From: Promethearchaeota archaeon
Lineage (GTDB): Archaea > Asgardarchaeota > Lokiarchaeia > Sigyniarchaeales > SOKP01
Length of the DNA: 28,935 nucleotides
Direction: 5' to 3'
Assembly: GCA_016930515.1 (NCBI GenBank)
Contig: JAFGGO010000112.1
Span: forward strand, 1 to 28,935
Shown here: piece after piece, positions 9,066 to 16,815 of the stretch
Numbering within the stretch: position 1 is the first letter of the stretch
Layout: each line of letters opens with the position of its first letter
The notes under the pieces: model-generated
What the model saw: the letters and a program-made list of their open reading frames with translations, nothing else
The model's database searches: none
Told to the model about the DNA's origin: nothing
Position numbers and translations under genes: made by a program

Positions 9066-9452
9066 CTAATTACACTGAGCGCCCTCGGCGTGTCCACCGC
9101 CACCACAACTTGGGCCTCCCAAGGGTTTTAACTTTCCCTGCAATAGAAGTTCAATATTTTGATTAATGCTTCCTTCTACACCTTGGTATAAATTAATACC
9201 CATCTGTAAAAATCCCATAAAAGGCCTTCCACCAATGCCACCAACAATCATATCAGTCACATTCCTGTTTTTCATATTGATGACGGGTTCCATGCATCCC
9301 GAATGACCCATATTCTGTAAGGAAAACGCTTTTTGTAGCGTGTTATCGTCGAGTAATTCTACCCCCACAAAATATTCGCAATGTCCAAAATGAGCCGATA
9401 TATTGTCCGATAAATCCGGACCAACCGATGGTATTCCAATTATTCTTGCCAT
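9066..9452 (-). CDS. NifB/NifX family (FeMo-cofactor biosynthesis / Orp-like) protein
   Basis: ISAHFGHCEYF, HSGC, IVGGIGGRP. Confidence 0.9.
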   Translation of the reverse strand: MARIIGIPSVGPDLSDNISAHFGHCEYFVGVELLDDNTLQKAFSLQNMGHSGCMEPVINMKNRNVTDMIVGGIGGRPFMGFLQMGINLYQGVEGSINQNIELLLQGKLKPLGGPSCGGGGHAEGAQCN

Positions 9453-9543
9453 TTTTTTCTCTTCTTAGCGTTTGAATTATGTTTGTATTAATTATTCAAA
9501 TTAAGGCTCGTATTTTAATTTTAATTTTATAAATTAAAGAGTT

Positions 9544-9563
9544 CCTTGAATATTAATTCATAA
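9544..9563. promoter_or_regulatory. Island palindrome (operator)
   Basis: CCTTGAAT-ATTA-ATTCATAA (13/16), upstream of the NifX gene starting at 9452. Confidence 0.7.
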
Positions 9564-9634
9564 TATTTAACCCATATATTTAAAAAGTAGTTATCAAAAA
9601 AGTGAATAATCTTTAAAAAGAGCGAGTAAAATCC

Positions 9635-10567
9635 TTAAGAATCAGTATTTGACCATAAAATTTTTTTTAAATTCTCGTATATTTTATTAATTGCAATACT
9701 TGCTTTTGATTCAGGATCGTGATCTATTACTGCTTCGGCAAAAGACATCGCTTTAGGAATCGATAAATCGTAGGGAATTTTCCCAATTACCTCATAACCA
9801 GTATCTTTTATGAAAGCATTAAAACTTTCTTGAAAAGAGCTCTTTAAATCGTGCTTGTTAATGACAATTCCAAAAGGAATTTTAAATTGTTGGACGACTT
9901 CAATAGCTCTAAGAAGATCGTGTAAACCCGAAGGTGTTGGCTCGGTAATCAAAATTACGTAATCCAAACCCGTTATCGTTGCGATTACGGGGCATCCAAT
10001 TCCAGGTGGACCATCAATTATGGTTAAATTTGATAGATCATTTTCTTCTAAATTATTTGCGTGATCCTTTATTTCTGATACTAATTTTCCAGAAGTCGTG
10101 CTTCCCAGCCTTGTCTTGCCATATACAAACGGTTTATTTAATTTAGTTTTGTAGGTAATTATTTCTCCACTTTTTACGGGAAGAACCTTAAAGGCGTGTT
10201 CGGGACACAGAACCTTACAAGCACCACATCCTTCGCACGCTAGAAAATCCAATATCGGAATTTCAAGGTTTTCATTCCATTTTATAGCATTAAACTCGCA
10301 AAAAATTTCATCAACGCACTTCTTGCAATGTACACATTTTTCTATCAAGAATTCCGCTTTGAGAGTCGTATAGGTAGATCTCGTCTTGATATCGGATTCT
10401 AATGGAGCAGGCATGATGAGTGCCAGATTAGGAGCATCAACATCGCAATCGAGAACGATTGGATCGATCGAATCTTCTCTTGAAGCCAAACTTACTAAAG
10501 AAGCGGTGAGCGAGGTCTTCCCAACGCCTCCCTTGCCAGATATAACCGCTATTGATTGTTTTTTCAT
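9635..10567 (-). CDS. MinD-superfamily P-loop ATPase with inserted 2x[4Fe-4S] ferredoxin domain
   Basis: SGKGGVGKT, DCDVDAPNL, CVHCKKC..C / CEGCGACKVLCP, DGPPGIGCPV, TEPTPSGLHDL. Confidence 0.93.
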   Translation of the reverse strand: MKKQSIAVISGKGGVGKTSLTASLVSLASREDSIDPIVLDCDVDAPNLALIMPAPLESDIKTRSTYTTLKAEFLIEKCVHCKKCVDEIFCEFNAIKWNENLEIPILDFLACEGCGACKVLCPEHAFKVLPVKSGEIITYKTKLNKPFVYGKTRLGSTTSGKLVSEIKDHANNLEENDLSNLTIIDGPPGIGCPVIATITGLDYVILITEPTPSGLHDLLRAIEVVQQFKIPFGIVINKHDLKSSFQESFNAFIKDTGYEVIGKIPYDLSIPKAMSFAEAVIDHDPESKASIAINKIYENLKKILWSNTDS

Positions 10568-10576
10568 CTTTATTCA

Positions 10577-11503
10577 TCACCTATTATCTTTCTCGTGAAT
10601 CCATTCTTTTAATTTATCGTATATCTTTAAAAACGACGCATATGCGCCTCCATCCTTAGAATAATTCGCTTCAACATCCATTAAAGGTGTTCCTTGGCAA
10701 TAAGAATGCACCACATCGTCGTCTAATGGTATGTCACCAAGAATTTTGATGTTTTTATTGCTCAAATTTTCGAGAAATTCGTCTCTAAATCCTAATAATG
10801 AAGACCTATTTACAATAACCTTGTATTCTTTGTTGAGAAGAGTGATGAGCTCAATAATGCGTAATAAATCCATTTCCCCAAACTTTGTAGGTTCCGTAAC
10901 GGGAATTACCAAGTCAGCCATATTTATCAATAATTCCACATCACAATGTGCTCCAGGAGCAGTATCCAAGATAATAATATCGAATTCATTTGGTTTTTGC
11001 TCGATTATAGTCATGACATCTTTTAAAAGATCCTCAACGATAGCAGCCGAACGGGCTTCGGATGGTTTTAATTCACCTATTAAAAGCGAAATAGAGTTTA
11101 CTTCCGAGCGATACTTCCAACCAATTATCTTAGAATCGGGTTGGATTGCACCTGAGGGACAAATTTTATAGCACAGTTTACATCCAGAACAAACCGTTAA
11201 CATTGGGATCGGTACAGCACCATCTAGATAAAGCAGCGCATGAGAAGCACAATTTTCAGCACAAATTCCACATTTCGTGCATTTATCTTCAACAATCTGG
11301 GGTTTAAAGTAGTTAACCAGGCTCTTGTTATTTAAAGTACCTCCTAAAAGAAGGTATGTATTTGGATTTTCAACATCTCCGTCAATGAGCAAGACTTTTT
11401 TACTTTCGTTTTTAAACATCGTTGCGATGTTTACTGCGCATAATGTCTTCCCAGTACCACCTTTACCTCCAGTAACGGTGATGATTTTAGGTCTTTTAGG
11501 CAT
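10577..11503 (-). CDS. MinD-superfamily P-loop ATPase with inserted 2x[4Fe-4S] ferredoxin domain (paralogue)
   Basis: GGKGGTGKT, DGDVENPN, CTKCGICAENC / CSGCKLCYKICP, DTAPGAHC, TEPTKFG. Confidence 0.93.
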   Translation of the reverse strand: MPKRPKIITVTGGKGGTGKTLCAVNIATMFKNESKKVLLIDGDVENPNTYLLLGGTLNNKSLVNYFKPQIVEDKCTKCGICAENCASHALLYLDGAVPIPMLTVCSGCKLCYKICPSGAIQPDSKIIGWKYRSEVNSISLLIGELKPSEARSAAIVEDLLKDVMTIIEQKPNEFDIIILDTAPGAHCDVELLINMADLVIPVTEPTKFGEMDLLRIIELITLLNKEYKVIVNRSSLLGFRDEFLENLSNKNIKILGDIPLDDDVVHSYCQGTPLMDVEANYSKDGGAYASFLKIYDKLKEWIHEKDNR

Positions 11504-11534
11504 GATTCATTAATTTATACTAATTCTTTCAATT

Positions 11535-12005
11535 CTAAAAACCTCGGCCGCCACCACCCATTCCACGACCGCCACCACCCATTCCACGACCGCCACCACT
11601 CATTCCACGACCCATACCGCCACCCATACCTGCGTGAGAACCTACATTTGCAGAATCAATCTGTTCGAGTTTGCCTTTTATGTATAGTTCTACCACTTCT
11701 TTCACGGTCAGTTGTCCACTTGGTGCTTGATAGATTTTCAAGTTCATTGATTTAAGAGCCTGAACTGCGTTTGGACCTAAAAATCCAACAATTACTTCTT
11801 TCACTCCATTATTGCCAACGATTTGAGCTGCTTGAATTCCAGCGCCACCCATTGCATTTTCAGCATTGTTGGGAACGCCTCGCACTTCTTTAATGCTTCC
11901 TTCTTCAATAGTCACTAATGTAAAGCTTGGACAACGCCCAAACCTTTGATTCATCATCTCGTTTAACCCTCCATCACCGTTGGAGGGTATAGCTATTATA
12001 ACCAT
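11535..12005 (-). CDS. NifB/NifX family (MTH1175/orange-protein-like) protein with Gly-Met-Arg tail
   Basis: RFGRCPSF, GGAGIQAAQ, GFLGPNA; C-terminal GGGRGM repeats. Confidence 0.92.
   Translation of the reverse strand: MVIIAIPSNGDGGLNEMMNQRFGRCPSFTLVTIEEGSIKEVRGVPNNAENAMGGAGIQAAQIVGNNGVKEVIVGFLGPNAVQALKSMNLKIYQAPSGQLTVKEVVELYIKGKLEQIDSANVGSHAGMGGGMGRGMSGGGRGMGGGGRGMGGGGRGF
11548..11610. repeat. 3 x 21-bp coding tandem repeat
   Basis: CCGCCACCACCCATTCCACGA x2 plus one copy with a single mismatch; encodes RGM(G/S)GGG repeats on the minus strand. Confidence 0.9.
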
Positions 12006-12060
12006 TTTTTAAATACCTCATTTTTTTATTGTTGTTTTCACTTTTTTCAATGTCAATTAA

Positions 12061-12531
12061 TTAGGATTTTATATTTTTTTCGTAATCATCAATCGCGCGT
12101 CTTAAAGTTCTTACCGCTAATTCAGCGCAATGTTTATGATCATCAGGTAATCCGTTCAACGCCTCGTCAATATCTTCTGGCGTTAACTTTTTTGCGTCTG
12201 TTAAAGTCTTGCCTTCAATAAGCAGGGTTGTTTGGCTGCCCGTAGCAACTGATGCACCACAACCGTCAGTAATGAATTTAACTTTTTCGATTATGTTATT
12301 TCGAATTTTTAAATAAAAATTCATTGTATCGCCGCATGGTCCTAAATATTTTTGCGAAACTGATGTCTCTTCTTCGGGCAGTTCCCCCCAGTTTTTTGGA
12401 TTCTGAAATAATTCAACAATTCTTTCGTTATATTCTTTTATTTCGTTTTCAATGATTTCTTGCTGCAACTGATTTACGAAGGCATCAAAAGAATCGACTG
12501 TTTCGTTTTTCACTTGCTCGTTTTCTTTCAT
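12061..12531 (-). CDS. iscU: IscU/NifU-N Fe-S cluster assembly scaffold
   Basis: FQNPKNWG, GPCGDTM, TDGCGASVA, HKHCAELA (three conserved Cys); ATGA overlap with mrp. Confidence 0.9.
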   Translation of the reverse strand: MKENEQVKNETVDSFDAFVNQLQQEIIENEIKEYNERIVELFQNPKNWGELPEEETSVSQKYLGPCGDTMNFYLKIRNNIIEKVKFITDGCGASVATGSQTTLLIEGKTLTDAKKLTPEDIDEALNGLPDDHKHCAELAVRTLRRAIDDYEKNIKS

Positions 12532-13391
12532 ACCCTATTACCATTTCCTTTATCTAGAATTTCAATTATTCTACTCGTTATTTTTTTGAAGTTCTGAGAG
12601 CTTTCAGAATCTGGATATTTTAGAGTAAATGGTAAACCTATATCTCCTTGTTGACCTATTTCGGTTTCAAAGGGGATCTTTCCCAATAATTCTACTTCAA
12701 AATCTCTTGCTGCTTTTTCAGCACCCCCACTGCCAAAAATATCAATCGTATAACCACATTTGGAGCATTTAAAGCCAGACATGTTCTCAACGATACCTAA
12801 AAGTTTTCTGTCCATTTTTTGCGCCATACTTATCGTCTTTCTTGCATCCATAAGAGCCACTTCTTGAGGTGTTGTTACAACAATTACATTTTCGTCGGGG
12901 ATAAGTTGTAAAATATCTAAAGTCTCGTCAGATGTTCCTGGAGGTAAGTCGCAAATTAAAAAATCCAGATCGCCCCATTCTGCTTCTCCTAAAAACTGTC
13001 GAACGGCCGTCATTTTAATTGGGCCTCTCCAGACGACAGGACTATCTTGGTTAGGAATCAAGAAAGCCATACTCATTACTTTTAGGTTTATTGGGCCTAT
13101 AATGGGATAAAATCGATTTTGATCAGGATCAACTTTAGGTTTAAGAGTAGGATCAATGCCCAACATTTTTGCTACATTCGGTCCAGTAATATCTACATCC
13201 AGGATGCCAGTCTTATAGCCCATACTAGCTAAACTGATTGCAAGGTTTACCGAAACTGTTGTTTTCCCTACCCCACCTTTTCCAGAAATAATTACAATTT
13301 TATGTCTTATCTTGTCGAGATTTTTCTTGATATTTTCTTCTCTTTTATTAATTAGTTCTTGTTTTTCTTCAGGAGTTAATTGTTCCTGCAT
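12528..13391 (-). CDS. mrp: Mrp/NBP35/ApbC Fe-S carrier ATPase
   Basis: SGKGGVGKT, DVDITGPN, WRGP, DLPPGTSD, VTTPQ, ENMSGFKCSKC. Confidence 0.95.
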   Translation of the reverse strand: MQEQLTPEEKQELINKREENIKKNLDKIRHKIVIISGKGGVGKTTVSVNLAISLASMGYKTGILDVDITGPNVAKMLGIDPTLKPKVDPDQNRFYPIIGPINLKVMSMAFLIPNQDSPVVWRGPIKMTAVRQFLGEAEWGDLDFLICDLPPGTSDETLDILQLIPDENVIVVTTPQEVALMDARKTISMAQKMDRKLLGIVENMSGFKCSKCGYTIDIFGSGGAEKAARDFEVELLGKIPFETEIGQQGDIGLPFTLKYPDSESSQNFKKITSRIIEILDKGNGNRV

Positions 13392-13434
13392 TTTTTAACC
13401 TCAAAAAAAAAAAATTATGAAATTATTTGCGTTT

Positions 13435-13935
13435 TTAAGTTCTTATTTGTACTTTGGGCTTAATGGGAGAAGCACCATTCATGTTGGTGATAATGGGACA
13501 ATGTGAAAATACTTTCTCCATCAGTTCGTTGACTTTTTCCTCGCTTGCATCAGCTTTGATTCGAACAACTGGTTCTAACTTGTCGTATCCAGCTAGCAAG
13601 TTATCGTCGATTCCAAAGATTGCACCCAGATTGATATGACCTCGCGAATTAACAGTCATACTTTCAATTTTAATGTCCATGATTTTAGCCCAGAACCTTG
13701 TGACTGCTATTATACACCCGCCTATTGACGATAATATTACTAATAAGGGCGAGGGCCCTTCGTTTGTCCCATCAAGTCCACCAGGCGCATCTATTAACAA
13801 TTTAAACGGCTTGGTATCCATTGAACATTCAATCTGCATTCCATCGTCGAGCATCTTGCACTCAACATTGAAATTTTTCTCTCCATTCTTTATATCGGCC
13901 TTAATGGCCTCGTAAGTTTCCTTAAAACTTGGCAT
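13435..13935 (-). CDS. OsmC/Ohr family protein
   Basis: IDAPGGLDGTNEGPSP, GGC...HCPI two-Cys pattern; ATG at 13935 after an A-run preferred over TTG at 13980. Confidence 0.88.
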   Translation of the reverse strand: MPSFKETYEAIKADIKNGEKNFNVECKMLDDGMQIECSMDTKPFKLLIDAPGGLDGTNEGPSPLLVILSSIGGCIIAVTRFWAKIMDIKIESMTVNSRGHINLGAIFGIDDNLLAGYDKLEPVVRIKADASEEKVNELMEKVFSHCPIITNMNGASPIKPKVQIRT

Positions 13936-14132
13936 TTTTTTATCACTCTTTTTAATTTCGATTAATTTGTATGATTTCAAATTTGTATTTTTTGGCTTAC
14001 TTTATTAATGTTTTTTTCATTTTTAAGGATCCATCGTATCAAACATAAAACCATTAAAAGAAAAGCATATATATTTTCGATACTACTTAAAATACCCTTC
14101 TATGGCTTTTCTTTAGGGCTTTAATTTCACTT

Positions 14133-14531
14133 TCAGTGAACATGATGATGGCCTTCATCGGCTTCCGTGTGTATTTTATCAACACCGTATCCCTTACCCC
14201 CTCCTGGAGTGCAAATGCTTTCACCGCCCTCTAAAGTCCCAGCGATTATTTTTTGGATTATTTCTTCAATCGAACCTGAAGCACCCATGATTACCTCAAT
14301 TCCGTAATCATGGAAAAATTGAATCGCTCTATGACCCATTCCTCCCGTTATCATGCACTTAGCGCCTATTTCATTGATAAATTTAGGAATGCTTCCTACT
14401 TGATGTCCAGGATTCTGATATATCTTTTTATCGATTAACTTGTTGTCTTCTATTGTTATGATTGTGAATTCGGGTGCACGTCCGAAATGTGGACACACTT
14501 GGCCTGCGTCAGTACTGATTGCATATATCAT
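14133..14531 (-). CDS. NifB/NifX family protein with His-rich tail
   Basis: VCPHFGRAPEF, NPGH, ITGGMG, C-terminal HTEADEGHHHVH. Confidence 0.92.
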   Translation of the reverse strand: MIYAISTDAGQVCPHFGRAPEFTIITIEDNKLIDKKIYQNPGHQVGSIPKFINEIGAKCMITGGMGHRAIQFFHDYGIEVIMGASGSIEEIIQKIIAGTLEGGESICTPGGGKGYGVDKIHTEADEGHHHVH

Positions 14532-14591
14532 TGTTAGTACCCATTTCTATTTTAGGCGATTTTTTAACAAAATCTAATAAAAAAAATGAAG

Positions 14592-14626
14592 GTAACTATT
14601 TAAGCATTGTGAATAATAATTCATAA
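14592..14626 (-). promoter_or_regulatory. Island palindrome plus TATA-like element driving the NifX-OsmC-Mrp-IscU-NifX-MinD string
   Basis: Minus strand: TTATGAATTATTATTCACAA-TG-CTTAAATAGTTAC (box 14607-14626, 15/16). Confidence 0.8.
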
Positions 14627-14724
14627 TCTGGATCTTAAAAATTAAGTAAACAAGAGTAAAGAGTTGAATTGTTAAAATTTTTTTTTAGAATTAGAATGTA
14701 CACAAATTCACCAATTATTTAATA

Positions 14725-15084
14725 TTATAATTGTTTAATTATGTACTTTAAGATTTTTTCGTTAAAACTACCTACTAAAATCCCGTTAGTAACAACTTGT
14801 TCTCCATACATTACTATATCTTCTTTGAAAGTCTTTCCATTTTTAAAAAAAATTAAAACAGGAACGGAACATATTCCAAGTTCTACCGCTAGTTTAGAAT
14901 TGTTCCCTATGTCAATTTCGTCATAGCTTATATATTGTTCTTCAGCCATTTTTCTTAGAATTATTGAAAGATTCTTACAAGACTTGCACCATTTTGATCC
15001 TATTTGAAGTACATGTGTACCTTTTTTTGGTACAATGATACCATATTCATTGAAATTGATCAGACTCACGAGATAAAAGCTCAA
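14725..15084 (-). CDS. Thioredoxin-family protein
   Basis: WCKSC active site and LGICSVPVLIFFKNGK cis-Pro motif; start codon uncertain (TTG/GTG). Confidence 0.82.
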   Translation of the reverse strand: MSFYLVSLINFNEYGIIVPKKGTHVLQIGSKWCKSCKNLSIILRKMAEEQYISYDEIDIGNNSKLAVELGICSVPVLIFFKNGKTFKEDIVMYGEQVVTNGILVGSFNEKILKYIIKQL

Positions 15085-15193
15085 CTTTAAGTTATTATGT
15101 GAAATTTACCAGTTTCCTTAATAATCATATTGTATAACATTTTAATAAAGTTTAATAAGACTTCCAATTTTTATCTTAAACATGTTAGAGTAC

Positions 15194-15213
15194 GAATGAA
15201 TATATATTCATAA
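15194..15213. promoter_or_regulatory. Island palindrome (operator)
   Basis: GAATGAAT-ATAT-ATTCATAA (14/16). Confidence 0.75.
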
Positions 15214-15255
15214 CAGAATCGTTATTAAAGTATTTATTATTGTTTTCGCTTCCTA

Positions 15256-15290
15256 TTCTGAATAATCATTCATAATACTTAAATAGTTAC
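15256..15290 (+). promoter_or_regulatory. Island palindrome plus TATA-like element upstream of the first DUF5320 gene
   Basis: TTCTGAATAATCATTCATAA-TA-CTTAAATAGTTAC (box 15256-15275, 15/16). Confidence 0.8.
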
Positions 15291-15336
15291 TTTTACTATA
15301 TTTTTATAGATATAAAAAAAGAGGTGAAATATTAAA

Positions 15337-15714
15337 ATGCCTGGTGGAGATAGAACGGGACCTGCGGGTTTAGGATCGCGAACCGGCAGGGGTTTGGGAT
15401 ATTGCTCTGGTTATGAGAGCCCAGGATATACTAAGGCTCCTGGGGGTTTTTGGCGCGGTGGATTTGGATATGGAGGTAATTATCCTTACGGTCGTGGCTT
15501 AGGAAGAGGAAGAGGGCGTAGATGGGGGTTAAGAGGAAATATTAATTACTTTCCAATTCCCCAACCATATATCAGACCAATAGAGTGGAGTTCCGAACAA
15601 AAAATTACATTTTTAAACCAAGAAAAAGAGTACCTAAACAACGAGATACAAAGCTTGAAAGAAAGATTGGATGAAATATTAAAAGAAATAGAGAATATTG
15701 ATAATAAGCAATAG
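15337..15714 (+). CDS. DUF5320 family Gly/Arg-rich protein with C-terminal coiled coil
   Basis: MPGGDRTGPAGLGSRTGRGLGYC N-terminus, GRGRGRR, coiled-coil end; SD GAGGTG. Confidence 0.88.
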   Translation: MPGGDRTGPAGLGSRTGRGLGYCSGYESPGYTKAPGGFWRGGFGYGGNYPYGRGLGRGRGRRWGLRGNINYFPIPQPYIRPIEWSSEQKITFLNQEKEYLNNEIQSLKERLDEILKEIENIDNKQ

Positions 15715-15795
15715 TGCTTTGAATTTTCTTATTCTCATTTTATTTTTTATTTCAATTATAGCATCAAATATGAGAGTTATTTTAATCAGGAGTTG

Positions 15796-15815
15796 TTATG
15801 AATAAATATTCAGAA
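15796..15815. promoter_or_regulatory. Island palindrome (operator)
   Basis: TTATGAAT-AAAT-ATTCAGAA (15/16). Confidence 0.78.
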
Positions 15816-15856
15816 TACAGCACATTAAAGTCATTTTAAATAAGTGCAGTTCAGAA

Positions 15857-15876
15857 TTATGAATAAATATTCGCTA
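15857..15876. promoter_or_regulatory. Island palindrome (operator)
   Basis: TTATGAAT-AAAT-ATTCGCTA (13/16), followed after 2 nt by TATA-like TTTATTAG. Confidence 0.7.
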
Positions 15877-15879
15877 TAT

Positions 15880-15899
15880 TTATTAGTAATAATTCATAA
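15880..15899. promoter_or_regulatory. Island palindrome (operator)
   Basis: TTATTAGT-AATA-ATTCATAA (14/16). Confidence 0.6.
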
Positions 15900-15946
15900 T
15901 TATCTTACAAACCAATTATTATAAGTAAAAAATGGAGAATGATAAC

Positions 15947-16117
15947 ATGCCTAGGAGAGATGGAACGGGTCCTTCCGGGAAAGGTCCGAAAACTGGACGA
16001 GGACTAGGAAATTGTTCAGTTGATGATTCAGCAAAGAAAAAAACTGCTAATACTGAAACATCCAAAAATACTAGGATGGGTATGGGCAGGCGAAATAGAA
16101 GGGGATCGAGAGGATAA
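15947..16117 (+). CDS. Short DUF5320 family protein
   Basis: MPRRDGTGPSGKGPKTGRGLGNC...GMGMGRRNRRG; the family N-terminus suggests start at 15947 (alternative 15932). Confidence 0.85.
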   Translation: MPRRDGTGPSGKGPKTGRGLGNCSVDDSAKKKTANTETSKNTRMGMGRRNRRGSRG

Positions 16118-16158
16118 TAACTTTATTATAAAAATTAAAAAAAAGCGATGAAAAAATT

Positions 16159-16332
16159 TTGAATTTAAATGAATTTGGATTTGATTTCAAGGATAAATAT
16201 GAGGTAAATGGAAAACCTAAACTATGCTGGTCCTGCATTAAGAAATATGAAACTGGTTTCATGGTAAATAGCAGGTTAAAAATGCGTAGAATATTTTTTT
16301 GTAAGGATTGTTTGGACAAATCGTCTAAATAA
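16159..16332 (+). CDS. Small C4 zinc-finger protein (57 aa, not in the ORF track)
   Basis: Translated by hand from TTG: MNLNEFGFDFKDKYEVNGKPKLCWSCIKKYETGFMVNSRLKMRRIFFCKDCLDKSSK*; CxxC...CxxC; fills the gap between two co-oriented genes. Confidence 0.65.
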   Translation: MNLNEFGFDFKDKYEVNGKPKLCWSCIKKYETGFMVNSRLKMRRIFFCKDCLDKSSK

Positions 16333-16367
16333 TTTTTTTATTTAAAAAAAAGAGGAATTAAGAAAGA

Positions 16368-16745
16368 ATGGAACGCTTTTCAGAATCCATCGAAGATTAT
16401 TTGAAAGCAATTTATATTATTTCAAAAAAAAAAAGAGGAGGGTGGGTCTGTAACAATGAGATTGCTTGTTTCTTAAAAGTCAAGCCTGCTTCAGTAAGTA
16501 CGATGCTTCACAAACTAAAAGAAATAGACCTAATCCAATGGAAACCTCGATCTTCTCTAAGATTAAAACCAAAAGGCAAGAATATCGCACAAGAACTAGT
16601 TCAAAACTATAATAACTTGTTTTTTTTCTTCAAGAAAGTATTGGGCGTGAAGGATAAATCCTTATTAAAGCAAATTTGTTGTAAGATAGAACATATTTTA
16701 CCTTCTGATGCGTCAAATGCCCTTTTGGAATTAGATTCCTTTTAG
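16368..16745 (+). CDS. DtxR/MntR family metal-dependent transcriptional regulator (short form, no FeoA domain)
   Basis: SESIEDYLKAIY, IA..LKVKPASVSTMLHKL HTH, CKIEHIL. Confidence 0.9.
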   Translation: MERFSESIEDYLKAIYIISKKKRGGWVCNNEIACFLKVKPASVSTMLHKLKEIDLIQWKPRSSLRLKPKGKNIAQELVQNYNNLFFFFKKVLGVKDKSLLKQICCKIEHILPSDASNALLELDSF

Positions 16746-16815
16746 TAATTTTAATCGCTTTTTCTTCTTAATTTTACCTTACTATGTTTGTATTAATCAT
16801 TTATATTGTTTTATC

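Noticed and set aside
9066-14531. Nitrogen fixation inferred from NifB/NifX and NifU-like genes
   Set aside because: No nifHDK in the window; these small domains with MinD-4Fe4S/Mrp partners are typical of Orp-like clusters in non-diazotrophs.
15194-15899. Repeated ~20-bp sequences as a degenerate CRISPR array
   Set aside because: Copies are scattered across separate promoters with genes between them, there is no regular repeat-spacer run, and no cas genes are present; they fit operators.
16071-16319. 82-aa minus-strand ORF
   Set aside because: It overlaps the DUF5320 gene; the plus-strand CxxC/CxxC ORF at 16159-16332 fits the operon better.
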